A model generated the notes under the pieces. It made no database searches. It was not told the DNA's origin and worked only from the letters and a program-made list of their open reading frames with translations. This document shows, piece after piece, positions 1 through 10,311 of a stretch of DNA of 64,000 nucleotides. The position numbers and the translations under genes were made by a program. The stretch covers positions 1,504,001 to 1,568,000 of the forward strand of contig OZ242365.1 in the NCBI GenBank assembly GCA_965208905.1, in the 5' to 3' direction. Each line of letters begins with the position of its first letter. Position 1 is the first letter of the stretch. This stretch comes from Nitrosopumilaceae archaeon (lineage in GTDB: Archaea; Thermoproteota; Nitrososphaeria; Nitrososphaerales; Nitrosopumilaceae).

Positions 1-1199
1 TAGTCGATCATTCTTTTTGCCATGTTCAGGGCACTCTTCTCACCGAACCGCCTTGTGGACACCACAAACTCGTGGGCGCACCGCCGGTCATACGGCACAT
101 CAAATATATCCCTTATGAGACCCAAAAGGTAGTTTGCATTCAGGAGGGCGGCCTCCGAGACATTCACAATGTCGGATCCCCACGATTTGATATACGCCAA
201 GGCCCTGAGCATGATTCCAAAGTTTCCATAGAACGAGTGGATCCTGCCGACGCTCTTATCGTAGTTATAGTCTAGATCAAACGTGGGGCCACCATCATGC
301 CTCACAATCCTCGGCACTGGCAGGTACTCCTCTAGGAATGATCTGACACCCAAGGCGCCGCCACCGGGCCCGCCGCCACCGTGCGGGGTGGAGAAGGTCT
401 TGTGCAGGTTCAAGTGCATCATGTCAAATCCCTGCTCCGCAGGCTTGCTGATTCCCAGCATCGCGTTCATGTTTGCCCCGTCGCAGTACAGAAGCGTTCC
501 GTGCTTCCTTGATAGTTCAGTTATCTCCTGAAGGTGCTCCTCGTAGAATCCCAGCGTGTTGGGGTTTGTGATCATCACCACAGCCACGTCGTCCCCTATG
601 GCCTTCCGGAACCCGTCCAAATCCATGTTACCGCGCTCATCGCTACGTACCGTTACGGTCTGGAACCGGCATGTGGCGGCAGTGGCGGGATTCGTTCCGT
701 GCGCCGAGTCCGGAATTATTATCCGGGTGCGCCTCTCGCCCATCTCTGCAAAGTATCTCTTGGCGATCATGACCCCCAGCAGCTCCCCCTGAGAGCCGGC
801 TGCAGGCTGCAGGCTGAATGCATCCATGCCGGTGATCTCCTTTAGGGCCTCCTGCAGATCCCACATGACCTCCAGCGCGCCCTGCGCGTGGGACGGTGGG
901 GCGTGAGGGTGCATGCCTGCGAATCCGGGGAGCCTGGCCATATCCTCGTTTACGCGCGGGTTGTACTTCATGGTACACGAGCCCAGTGGGTATATGCCGG
1001 TGTCTATTCCATAGTTTTTTCTGGAGAGCTCCGTATAGTGGCGGATCACCTGTATCTCGCTTACATCCGGCAGGGGCAAGTAGTCCCGTTCGGGAAACTG
1101 GTCTTTTATGCCATCTTCATCTGTGCGGATGTGTCCGGTGTTTGCTTGGTCGTAATCAAAGATAAGATTCTCAGGTGTGTCCTGGTCTTGCGCAATCAT
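1..1199 (-). CDS. gcvPB: Glycine dehydrogenase (decarboxylating) subunit 2, partial (runs off window start)
   Basis: Not in the ORF track. Read manually from ATG at 1199, which overlaps the gcvPA stop (ATGA): MIAQDQDTPENLIF...LPDVSEIQVIRHYTELSRKNYGIDTGIYPLGSCTMKYNP, and later HLNLHKTFSTPHGGGGPG (PLP-lysine motif). Confidence 0.93.
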   Translation of the reverse strand, partial: MIAQDQDTPENLIFDYDQANTGHIRTDEDGIKDQFPERDYLPLPDVSEIQVIRHYTELSRKNYGIDTGIYPLGSCTMKYNPRVNEDMARLPGFAGMHPHAPPSHAQGALEVMWDLQEALKEITGMDAFSLQPAAGSQGELLGVMIAKRYFAEMGERRTRIIIPDSAHGTNPATAATCRFQTVTVRSDERGNMDLDGFRKAIGDDVAVVMITNPNTLGFYEEHLQEITELSRKHGTLLYCDGANMNAMLGISKPAEQGFDMMHLNLHKTFSTPHGGGGPGGGALGVRSFLEEYLPVPRIVRHDGGPTFDLDYNYDKSVGRIHSFYGNFGIMLRALAYIKSWGSDIVNVSEAALLNANYLLGLIRDIFDVPYDRRCAHEFVVSTRRFGEKSALNMAKRMID

Positions 1200-2452
1200 T
1201 GCATGGATACACCCCTCACATACGTCTCCATGTCTGGTACGGTATTCTTTTCTGTGCAGCATACAAGCAGCCGGTGGTCGTCCACTGCGATTCCGCCCAG
1301 TATGCCGCACCGCTGTAGGCGTTCTAGTATGTCTGTTGCGGACCTTGGTGTCTCTACAAGAAACTCGTTGTAGAACGGACCCGGCGTTATGGTTCGGAAC
1401 CCCCTTGTGTGAAGCATCTGCTGCAGCCGGTGCGCCCGACGGTACGAGGTATGGGCAACCGACCGAAGGCCGGTCCTTCCCAGCAGGGCCAGATATATGG
1501 TTGCAGACAGCGCCAAGAGCGTCTGGTTTGTCGTTATGTTGCTGGTGGCGCGTTCCCGCCTGATGAACTGCTCTCTTGCCTGTAGCGTAAGGACAAATCC
1601 CCGCCTGCCGGACCCGTCTTGAGTAGCGCCCACTATCCTTCCGGGTAGTTTCTTGGTAAGCGTATTCCTGACTGCCATGAATCCCAGACACGGGCCTCCA
1701 AAGCTTTTGGGTATTCCGAACGACTGCCCCTCGCCCGTCACAATGTCCGCCCCTGCCTCTCCGGGGGGACGCATGATGGCCAGTGATGTGGGATCCGATA
1801 TGCAGCTTATGAAGAGAGATCCATTCCGGTGAGCCTTCTCTGCCATGTGTGTGGGATCCTTTATGGAACCATCAAAGGCAGGTACCTGTTGTATGACGCA
1901 TGCCACATCGTCGTTTATGGTATCTGAGATGAAGATGTCGGCTCCCTCACAGTATGTCCTGAGAACCTGAAGGTATGCTGGATTCAATCCCGCATCCACG
2001 AAAACGCCTCTTCTTTTTGTGTATGAGTGGGCCAAGAGTACGGCTTCTGCCAGGGCCGAGGCTCCGTCATACAGTGACGCGTTGGAGACGTCCATTCCGG
2101 TGAGCAGGCATATGTATGATTGGTATTCATATAGAGCCTGCAGCACCCCTTGACTTGCCTCTGCCTGATACGGGGTGTATGCGGTGAGAAATTCCCCCCT
2201 TAGAACTATGTGACTTATGGCAGAGGGGATGTAGTGGTCGTATGAGCCGCCCCCGGCAAAGCACTTGGTCTGTGTGTTCTTTGCTGCAAGCGACTCGATA
2301 TATGATACCACATCCATCTCGCTCATTGGTTCGCCGAGGTCCAGCCTTGCTGCCCGGGGAACCTGATCCGGTACAAGCTCATCAACCGTCCGGCAGTCTA
2401 TTGCGGCGAGCATCTTTGATATGTGCTCACCTGTGTGCGGAATATAGTTCAT
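1196..2452 (-). CDS. gcvPA: Glycine dehydrogenase (decarboxylating) subunit 1
   Basis: Motifs FLTAYTPYQAEASQG, NASLYDGASALAEA, LQAREQFIRRERATSNI. Confidence 0.96.
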   Translation of the reverse strand: MNYIPHTGEHISKMLAAIDCRTVDELVPDQVPRAARLDLGEPMSEMDVVSYIESLAAKNTQTKCFAGGGSYDHYIPSAISHIVLRGEFLTAYTPYQAEASQGVLQALYEYQSYICLLTGMDVSNASLYDGASALAEAVLLAHSYTKRRGVFVDAGLNPAYLQVLRTYCEGADIFISDTINDDVACVIQQVPAFDGSIKDPTHMAEKAHRNGSLFISCISDPTSLAIMRPPGEAGADIVTGEGQSFGIPKSFGGPCLGFMAVRNTLTKKLPGRIVGATQDGSGRRGFVLTLQAREQFIRRERATSNITTNQTLLALSATIYLALLGRTGLRSVAHTSYRRAHRLQQMLHTRGFRTITPGPFYNEFLVETPRSATDILERLQRCGILGGIAVDDHRLLVCCTEKNTVPDMETYVRGVSMQ

Positions 2453-2848
2453 TTATTTCTCAGCGTTCCCAACCGATTCGTCGTACTGATCCCGAGTGAG
2501 CAAAGATTCCAGCTGGGCCGGATTCTCCGGCGCCATCTTTACAATCCACCCGTCCTGATATGGTGACTTGTTGATCAGTTCGGGCTGTGATAGCAGGTTC
2601 TCGTTGACATGTGTAACCCGCCCATCCACCGGACTGTATACATCCGTTGATGTCTTTACGGAGTCTATTATTGCTATGGCATCATTATACCTGTAAGAGA
2701 CACCGACCTCGGGCAGTTCAACAGAGACCACATCTCCGAGCTGATCCTGTGCAAATTCCGTAATTCCCACGATTATGCCGTCGTCTGCTGTGTCCACCCA
2801 TTCGTGCTCCTTGGTGTATCTCCTAGCCAACAGGTCAGATTTGGACAT
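2453..2848 (-). CDS. gcvH: Glycine cleavage system H protein
   Basis: YTKEHEW, GITEFAQDQLGDV, lipoyl-lysine motif DSVKT, INKSPYQDGW. Confidence 0.96.
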   Translation of the reverse strand: MSKSDLLARRYTKEHEWVDTADDGIIVGITEFAQDQLGDVVSVELPEVGVSYRYNDAIAIIDSVKTSTDVYSPVDGRVTHVNENLLSQPELINKSPYQDGWIVKMAPENPAQLESLLTRDQYDESVGNAEK

Positions 2849-2889
2849 CTTCTTTAAAAAGCTATTCGCTCATATTCCGGGATTTATCC

Positions 2890-3600
2890 TTGTTACTGAC
2901 ATTTAAATACTAATTTTGTATCACATAGTATAAACAAACAACCAGCAAACGACTCCGAAAAGCCTGTTAAAGATCTGCCCCTAGCGAAGTTATTCAAGAT
3001 ATTTCCCGATGAAGAATCCGCCATGAAGTGGTTCGAAGCCAACATATGACCGGATGGCCAAGTATTTCCTCGGTGCGGATACAAGTATACCCACGTCAGC
3101 AAACATAAGGAGATGCTGTACTTCTGCGTCGAGTGCAAGAGGCACTTTAGTGTCAAAAATAGGCACTGTAATGGAGCACTCCAAAATAAGCTACCGGAGA
3201 TGGGCCGTGACCACACACCTGCTTGCAACGCGCCCCAAGGGAATACCCAGCGTACAACTAGGTCGTGATCTAGATATAAAGCAGAGATCTGCCTGGCTAC
3301 AACACAAGTTCAGGGAGTCGCGGAGCACCGTAGCGGGGCCGAACCTAATGTCCGGCCCCGTCTAGATGCATCTGAGAGGATGCGAGAAGAACAAACATAC
3401 AGACAAGAAGTGCAAAAATAAAAAGATTGCCGTTGTGGGCATCAAGGACCGAAAGACTGGAACCGTTAGGGCCATACCCGTGCCGGAGACCGCCGCGGCA
3501 CGCCTCTTGGCATTTATCGAGGCCAATGTAGACCCCAATTCCAAGAAATTCACCGACGAGAACCGGACATACAACGTTAAAAAAGACATAAAGCATATAC
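2890..3600 (+). pseudogene. IS1595-family transposase remnant
   Basis: FPDEESAMKWFEANI*PDG...C..CKRHFSVKIGTVMEHSKISYRRW...GIPSVQLGRDL; KIAVVGIKDRKTG...FTDE. Contains internal stops and frameshifts; boundaries approximate. Confidence 0.85.
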
Positions 3601-4643
3601 TAATGAGTTATCTACCTATGACGTATCGGAGTGTTTTGCGGGATATTTTTGTGAGAGAGTCTGCGCATTTCTTTTATGGTATCATGGTTAATACACTTTG
3701 GTAAGTAGTTTGACACATCAAAAAGGCGCTCAACCACTCGTGTCTGGCGGGGAAATTACATAGGTGTTTGACTGGCTGCTGGTCGCATAGCGGCCCGATG
3801 TGTCTTGGAACTATCACGAGGACGGAAACGACTGCCCGTATTACCGTTCTTCACAAATAGCCATGTCTTTAGGCCTGCCCGTCTTCCGCAACCAGTCCGC
3901 GACAGGCGATGAGGTGGTAATGTCTATCGATTTATTCTGAGTTTTCCATTTTTTTGGCGAGTACTATGCGCATAGAAAGGCGACGGCACTTTGCATGAAT
4001 TAATGATCTACGCTATAGTAATGAGAAACAGCCAGAACATACCGTCATCTGGCAAGTATCGGAAGCACTTGACCGAGGCGGTAGAAGCTGGCATGCAGTC
4101 CTCCTTCTAAACTACCAACCATGATAACCCAAAACATATTTTTACAGAACGTGTTTGTGTATGTCACTGAGATCACTCATCAGAATAGCTCAGGGATGCC
4201 ACCAGCCTGTCTCAACACCCTTCGGAAAGACTTGTTAAAACAATTTCCTAGTGCCGCCAGACACAAAAGTATGCTGGTAGTGTGGTGTTTTAAGGTAGGA
4301 GCATACAGAGTGTTGCAGTAGAAGGCAAAACAAGCAAGGCATCTATGTCAGACAGACAACAAAAAACTGCCTAAAAAGTATGGAAGACTATGCGCAACGA
4401 TAGGTGGACGAGGTGGGCAGAACATATGGAAAGTATTGAGAAGTTCATGCCGATCAGGCAGATGTCTGAACTAACCCACCCGAAGGCCAACAAGCCGCCT
4501 GATACCAGTATACGCGAGGAATCGTAAACGTGTTTAATAAAACACCATCGGATATAGTCTACAGTAGATTTTTGGAGTTAAGATGGGTAGACGGTTGTCC
4601 ACTGGACATCAGCTACTACCTTAGAGGAACAATGTGAGGAAAT

Positions 4644-4853
4644 ATGAAGTTGTCTCCACTAAAACCCGAGCATATACTAAATGCTATCGACGAGGCATTT
4701 GCTAACATTGAGCAACCATCAACCTTCAACACGGGAGAGCTCTCGGATTCCCTCATGTATACGGTCCTGATGGAGAAAGTTGTTGACCGGTTGGAACTAC
4801 AAAGCAAGCACAAGGTTGCACTCCTAAGCAAGATGGAAAAGCATAACATTTAG
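4644..4853 (+). CDS. Small hypothetical protein, possibly a remnant
   Basis: 69-aa ORF with protein-like composition; no recognisable motif. Confidence 0.3.
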   Translation: MKLSPLKPEHILNAIDEAFANIEQPSTFNTGELSDSLMYTVLMEKVVDRLELQSKHKVALLSKMEKHNI

Positions 4854-5374
4854 TTCCTGCTAGACAAACCACGAAGGCAGACAATCTGCGCATAAAGTAT
4901 CAACACTGATGTTGTTGCCAAACGATGGGAGAAGGCTGCAGCTACACCTAAGGAGAGAACAAACTGCGCCGAAATGGTCAGCAACATAGGATATGACACA
5001 TGAATAAGACTGGATCCAATCTGTCTCATCTACAGGTGACAAGAACATTATCAAGAGATCATCAACTACCTGTTTTCAAGATTGGAACCGAAAAGAATTA
5101 TTGGGTACGCCGAGAGGGTTATGAAAGACCATCAAGATACTAGGGATGCAAGCGTTGACATGTCCTGATCCAACCACTTCTGTGAGGACTCAAGCTGGAG
5201 TCGGAAGATTCAACTTGATCAGAGAAAACGAATCTACAAGTTTTTTATGATAATCTAACAGGAGGTACCCAATATCAAAAATTTCACTGTGTAAAGAGGC
5301 TGCATAATGTGGAGGGTTTTGGGCCTAGATTACAAACCCATGACATGCAATTGCTACAGTTCCGACTTTATGGG

Positions 5375-6334
5375 CTAGGTAAAATCCAATAAATTCGTGG
5401 CCCGGCCATGCATTTGATCCAGCGCCCGCCGTACACGACTTCCATCCAACCGTTCTATCTTGTCCTTTAGTTTTAAGAACGCTTCGTTGTATCTGGAACC
5501 ACCACGCGTTCTTCTGGTATAGTATAACAGATAATATGCGGTTCTACCATGATCTCCACGAATTTTAATATCGTCTCCAATCGGCTTACCCAGAATTTTT
5601 TTCACCTGTTCGGCATACTTCGTTTCTAACGACTTTTCGGCCAGTTCGCGCAGAACCGTCTTTGCATCCTCACCGAAGTATTCCTCTGTAGGTTGTGCTC
5701 TGTTCGGCATGTTTCGCTTTGTTTGACCTACAACACGCGATGCACCCTGCGCATTAACATTGATCAGAAAATCACAATTTTTGAACCGATCACTTATTGC
5801 TTTTAGTGTTTTAAACTTAATTTCCATCCCCTCGGGATCAACGAACACCAGTATAATTGGTTTTTTAAATTTACTTTCGATCTTGTCCAGTACATCTGTA
5901 ATGGCTTTATTAGAGTCATCGTTGATAACCCAAGACTCTACCTGCGGAATCTTTGATATTCTTTCTTTGAGACAGTTGCAACGTTCACGATTCTTCTCTA
6001 TCATTATACCGTAGTCAAACCCCTTTCCACTTTTGGTTGCACATAGCGCCGAACCTGCAACAATATCGCCGGCATCACCTACTTTTACAAGGCCTGCACC
6101 CGCAAACAAGTCTATGTAAACTGTGCCGTCAAATCCTTGTACTTCACGATTGGCGCTTCCAGCCACGCGGGTAAAAACATCAGACATATAATATACCGTA
6201 ATAAGTTTGAGCGCTGTGTGATAATCATACTTGTTTGCAATACCACCATCACTCACTTCTTGGCCGATCTCAGTTATAATTCTTAACTTTTCTTTGATCC
6301 AATCTAACTCACTCTGTGCCCTTGGCAACGTCAC
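5375..6334 (-). CDS. tcmP: Three-Cys-motif partner protein TcmP family (SAM-binding methyltransferase-like)
   Basis: HTALKL, YIDLFAGAG (SAM-binding-like), FVDPEG, YYLLYYT; near a DUF5131 gene. Confidence 0.8.
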   Translation of the reverse strand: MTLPRAQSELDWIKEKLRIITEIGQEVSDGGIANKYDYHTALKLITVYYMSDVFTRVAGSANREVQGFDGTVYIDLFAGAGLVKVGDAGDIVAGSALCATKSGKGFDYGIMIEKNRERCNCLKERISKIPQVESWVINDDSNKAITDVLDKIESKFKKPIILVFVDPEGMEIKFKTLKAISDRFKNCDFLINVNAQGASRVVGQTKRNMPNRAQPTEEYFGEDAKTVLRELAEKSLETKYAEQVKKILGKPIGDDIKIRGDHGRTAYYLLYYTRRTRGGSRYNEAFLKLKDKIERLDGSRVRRALDQMHGRATNLLDFT

Positions 6335-6449
6335 TTGTTTTTTTATAATCTAATAAATATTTGTGAATTTTATAAGTATTGACTCAGGACCCTCAAAGCG
6401 GGCATCATCATAGTTGCCTGTGATGTTAATTCAGCATTAGTATACCACT

Positions 6450-7500
6450 GCTACCGGCGCGACCAGATCCTAGATCTCCTACTCGGGCGGCGGCTTGAAC
6501 AGCCTCCAGTCCGGATCCCTGATCAAGCACCCCACCGCGGTCCGCGAAAAAATGCCCAGCTTACGGCAGGTACACGCCACTGAGACCAGCACCGAGAAAA
6601 CCTCCCTTCCCTCTATCGTGGGCAGCTGGTAGCGCACGTTCCTGTGCAGGACGGCGGCGTCACGTATCTACAACTCGGCGCCGTTATTGTGGGGCGGTAT
6701 GGCCGGATATCTGAGGAAGGTGAATAGGTGGGGGACGGCCCCCTCCAGTTTGATCCTGAACTTGTGATCCTCCGGGTAGGATGATGCCATCTCCAGGACG
6801 GTCTTCTCCAAGGAGAAGCACTCGGAGCTGCAGACCAGCTCTCTACCCCTGATGGTCCTGTATACGGATAGCAGCCGGCAGTAGCAGGATATGTCAGGTC
6901 CGCCGTTCCTGATGGCGCACTCTTCTGCCTCACGCAGGAAGTGCACCCAACACCTCTGCCGGACGGGCAGCACGTTGTATGTGACGTACCCGTCCGAGAC
7001 TACCGGGACGCCCACCTCTAGCAGGTCCCTGACGGCCTTGCGCGTGTTCCAGATAGCATTCGGAGATATGGTAAACCCGTAGAGCACGTCGAAAAAGTGG
7101 GATATGGTCTAGTCGGTGCACCTCCCCGCATAGTACTCCTTGACGAACTCCCGGATCTCAGGTCCAAACGACATTCCCGGTATGGTAGGCACCGTCGCGG
7201 TGGTGATCGTCCCGCCGCACCTCTTGCAGGACCCCTTTCCCATCACGTACGCGACGCACTTCACGGCCATTGACTTGCCGCCGGCAAAATCATAGACCGT
7301 CTTGACTACCGGCTACAGCTTCCTGAGGTGGTCGCGCCCGCACATGCTGCACCGGTAGACCCACAACACGACCGTCCGATCCGCCTTGTTCTGATGGGAG
7401 GCGCCTATGTGTCTGGTCGGCGGTCCCCTGTGGGATAGCCCATCCTTCATCTACCCTGTCCTTGCCACGAAAGCAGAGTCCCTTATTGATGTCTGCAACC
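6450..7500 (-). pseudogene. IS66-family transposase remnant
   Basis: VVSDGYVTY...RQRCWVHFLR...PPHNNGAEL; broken by stops and frameshifts; GC-richer than its flanks; boundaries approximate. Confidence 0.85.
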
Positions 7501-7540
7501 ACAAGATGTTAATAAGTACTTGAGTATCATAACCTCAAGC

Positions 7541-8353
7541 ATGGCTAATGTGTCTGGTATAGAGTGGACAGAAGCAACTTGGAATCCCACCACAGGTTGC
7601 ACAAAGGTTTCTAGAGGGTGCCAAAACTGCTATGCCGAGGCACTCTCCAAAAGGTTGAGAGCAATGAAGATCAATAAATACAGAAACAACTTCAAATTCA
7701 CACAGCACGAGAACGAGGTTGACCTGCCACTGCGCTGGAAGAAACCAAGAAAAGTATTTGTCAACAGCATGTCGGATCTATTTCATGAAGACGTTGAGAT
7801 GGATTTTGTTGGACGATGCTTCTTTACTATGGTACAGGCGCACTGGCACATCTACCAGATCCTCACCAAACGTCCCGAAAGGATGCATGAGTTCTCCAGA
7901 ACATTTACCGCCTACTCCAATTCACCAATTCCTAATCATATCTGGATGGGTGTGAGTGTGGAGGACAACGATACTGTGTGGAGAATCAGTGAGTTGAAGC
8001 GTGTCAAGTGCTCTGTACGCTTTGTAAGTTTTGAGCCCTTGCTTGAGGATCTGAAAAATGTAGATTTACGAGGAATAGACTGGGCCATCATAGGTGGAGA
8101 GAGTGGTCGACAATACAGGGCAGTAAAGGAAACTTGGGTGCGTAATCTCATTGAGAAGTGTCTTAGTCAGGATGTGAAGGTATTTTTCAAACAGTGGGGT
8201 GGACCTAGGCCCAAGTCCGGCGGCCGTAAGATTAATGGGAGAACATACGACCAATTTCCTGATACAAGAGCAGATCGAGCATCTTGCGTGAAAATTATGG
8301 AGGCACTACAGCATAACTCGTCGTGGTTTGGGGATACTACAGACTATACATAA
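7541..8353 (+). CDS. DUF5131 (phage Gp37/Gp68-like, three-Cys motif) family protein
   Basis: IEWTEATWNPTTGCTKVSRGCQNCYA, FVNSMSDLFH, YQILTKRP, FVSFEPLL, WAIIGGESG, FFKQWGG. Confidence 0.92.
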   Translation: MANVSGIEWTEATWNPTTGCTKVSRGCQNCYAEALSKRLRAMKINKYRNNFKFTQHENEVDLPLRWKKPRKVFVNSMSDLFHEDVEMDFVGRCFFTMVQAHWHIYQILTKRPERMHEFSRTFTAYSNSPIPNHIWMGVSVEDNDTVWRISELKRVKCSVRFVSFEPLLEDLKNVDLRGIDWAIIGGESGRQYRAVKETWVRNLIEKCLSQDVKVFFKQWGGPRPKSGGRKINGRTYDQFPDTRADRASCVKIMEALQHNSSWFGDTTDYT

Positions 8354-8565
8354 TCGTGGGTGTAGGGGTGGGTCATACTACTATGAGCAATACTAAAATT
8401 TCTTTATTACTAGGGCCCATAGGTGCGTTGATCCTGAGCCCGCAGTAAGCCACTTAGACTGGTTTTGAGAATAGTCAGTTCTAATTGCAGTTACGACACT
8501 GTGTATGTGATTTGCCACACTCCGAGGCAGATATGCGCATCAAATGCGTTCATCTTCTTAATGTA

Positions 8566-10094
8566 TAGCGGCGTACATAAGTTTCTGTACATTTTCTAGA
8601 AATAATTCATCCTCCAACACCATAAGAGTCATCGATGTGAAAACCATGTTGGGTTTTTACACTGCATTATGTTGATAGTACGTCTTTCTAAGATATGTGG
8701 CAAAAACATATTGTATAATATTACACGATCTTTATAGCGCGCCGATTGGAAAAGTCAAAAATTTATTTCCCGTACTTGTAGTATGGCAGATGCCAAATTA
8801 TTGCAACAGGTCCGTAGTTCCGAAAAGTCAGGATGTGCTGCACGCAGATTAGGCATGTTGATAGTACTACTCAATATGGGGAATATCTGCAGCAACAGCC
8901 ATCACATATTCCTGTGACAGGCGTACGGTGGCATTGTGGGATGGGAGGGTGCCTCAGAATATAGATGTATTTGGTTATATACGAAGTGCACTTATCGATA
9001 TGCCCCTGTCCAGGCGCCCAACAAAAATACCGCGAAAACTGCTTGCAAAGGCAGAAGCGTGGCGATTGAACAGTGCGTTTACCACGACGGAGCTCTGCAT
9101 TACATGTAAGAGATCTCAGGTGTAAGGCTAAGCCCATCACAGGCAAGACGTTATGCCAAAAAGTGGGGGTATTCGCGCAAAAAGACATCCCCCCGTGCAC
9201 GTGAACAAGGCCACCATACAGGATGTGGAAGGATGGAGAGAAAGTGTTTTCCATATGGTCGCATAATCTAGGTTATGCTATTGCAACTCAGGATGAGTCA
9301 AACTATGCAGGATGCCAACTGTCGGGAAAATACTGGGCAAGGGTTGGATTGCGTATATTTATGTCATACGGTCAGGGGGCCATCAGAAGTTTTCTGTATT
9401 CTGTACCATGATATCAGACGGTAGATACTTCTTCAGCCACCCCAAGACGGCGGACACGACAAGTTTCCTGACACATATAGAGGAGGCGTACAAAATGGTG
9501 GGAAAGATGGTGCTGTTTCTGGACCGGGAGCCCCAGCATACATCTGCCGCGACCAAGGGGTTCTTTGAGAGTCACGATATCATTGTACAGTGGTATCCGG
9601 TGGGACATTCATATCGTAACCCTGTAGAGAAGGTCTGGAGCGTGTTGAAACACGCATTTCTACATTCCGTCCGCTATGCCAATACTGCCACACATTTAAC
9701 ATCAGTGTACAGGTTCATCTGGAACTATAAATGTGACTATTGTTTTTTCAAATACTGGAAACAAGGCCATCAGAGGGAATTATACGACCATTTGTACGGT
9801 CAGGCGGCCCGTTAGACCCGGCAATAGAAAAGTTGCGTGTAAACAGCGCCAAGAAACGCCGCCGTTACAAAAAACGGTAAAATATACAAAACCACGGCTG
9901 TTGCCACATGTCCTATACGGCCTTGAAATGCCGTATATGTAGTCATATAGAAACATGGTAGTGGCGCATAAAAAGTGCAGTACTGGCCACAATCGTATGA
10001 TGTTTTATCAAAATCAGGCGCACAGTCCTGCCAACCTGACCTGTGGGCATACCTAGGCGATTTTCAATTGTGCAGGAACTTTTGCGTGCCGCTA
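8566..10094 (+). mobile_element. IS630-family element, transposase disrupted
   Basis: Imperfect TIRs TAGCGGCGTACATAAGTTTCTGTACA / TGTGCAGGAACTTTTGCGTGCCGCTA flanked by TA. DDE pieces ATQDES, FLDREPQH, RNPVEKVW lie in split frames. Confidence 0.85.
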
Positions 10095-10311
10095 TATTGC
10101 CCCAGTCTGATGATTTATAGATCAAGTTCAAACAAGCTACTGCATCTGTAGGTGACAAAATTCGGGAATTTCATATGAAACCAATCACCAAGAGTGGCAG
10201 ATCCTGGCAGTTTTGCACCAGTCCAGCCCATCGGAAGCAGATTAGCCCGGTATGGTGGACGCGGCGGTCATCGGCACAGATACGACGTGCATTCGAATAC
10301 AAGCGTGGTCG

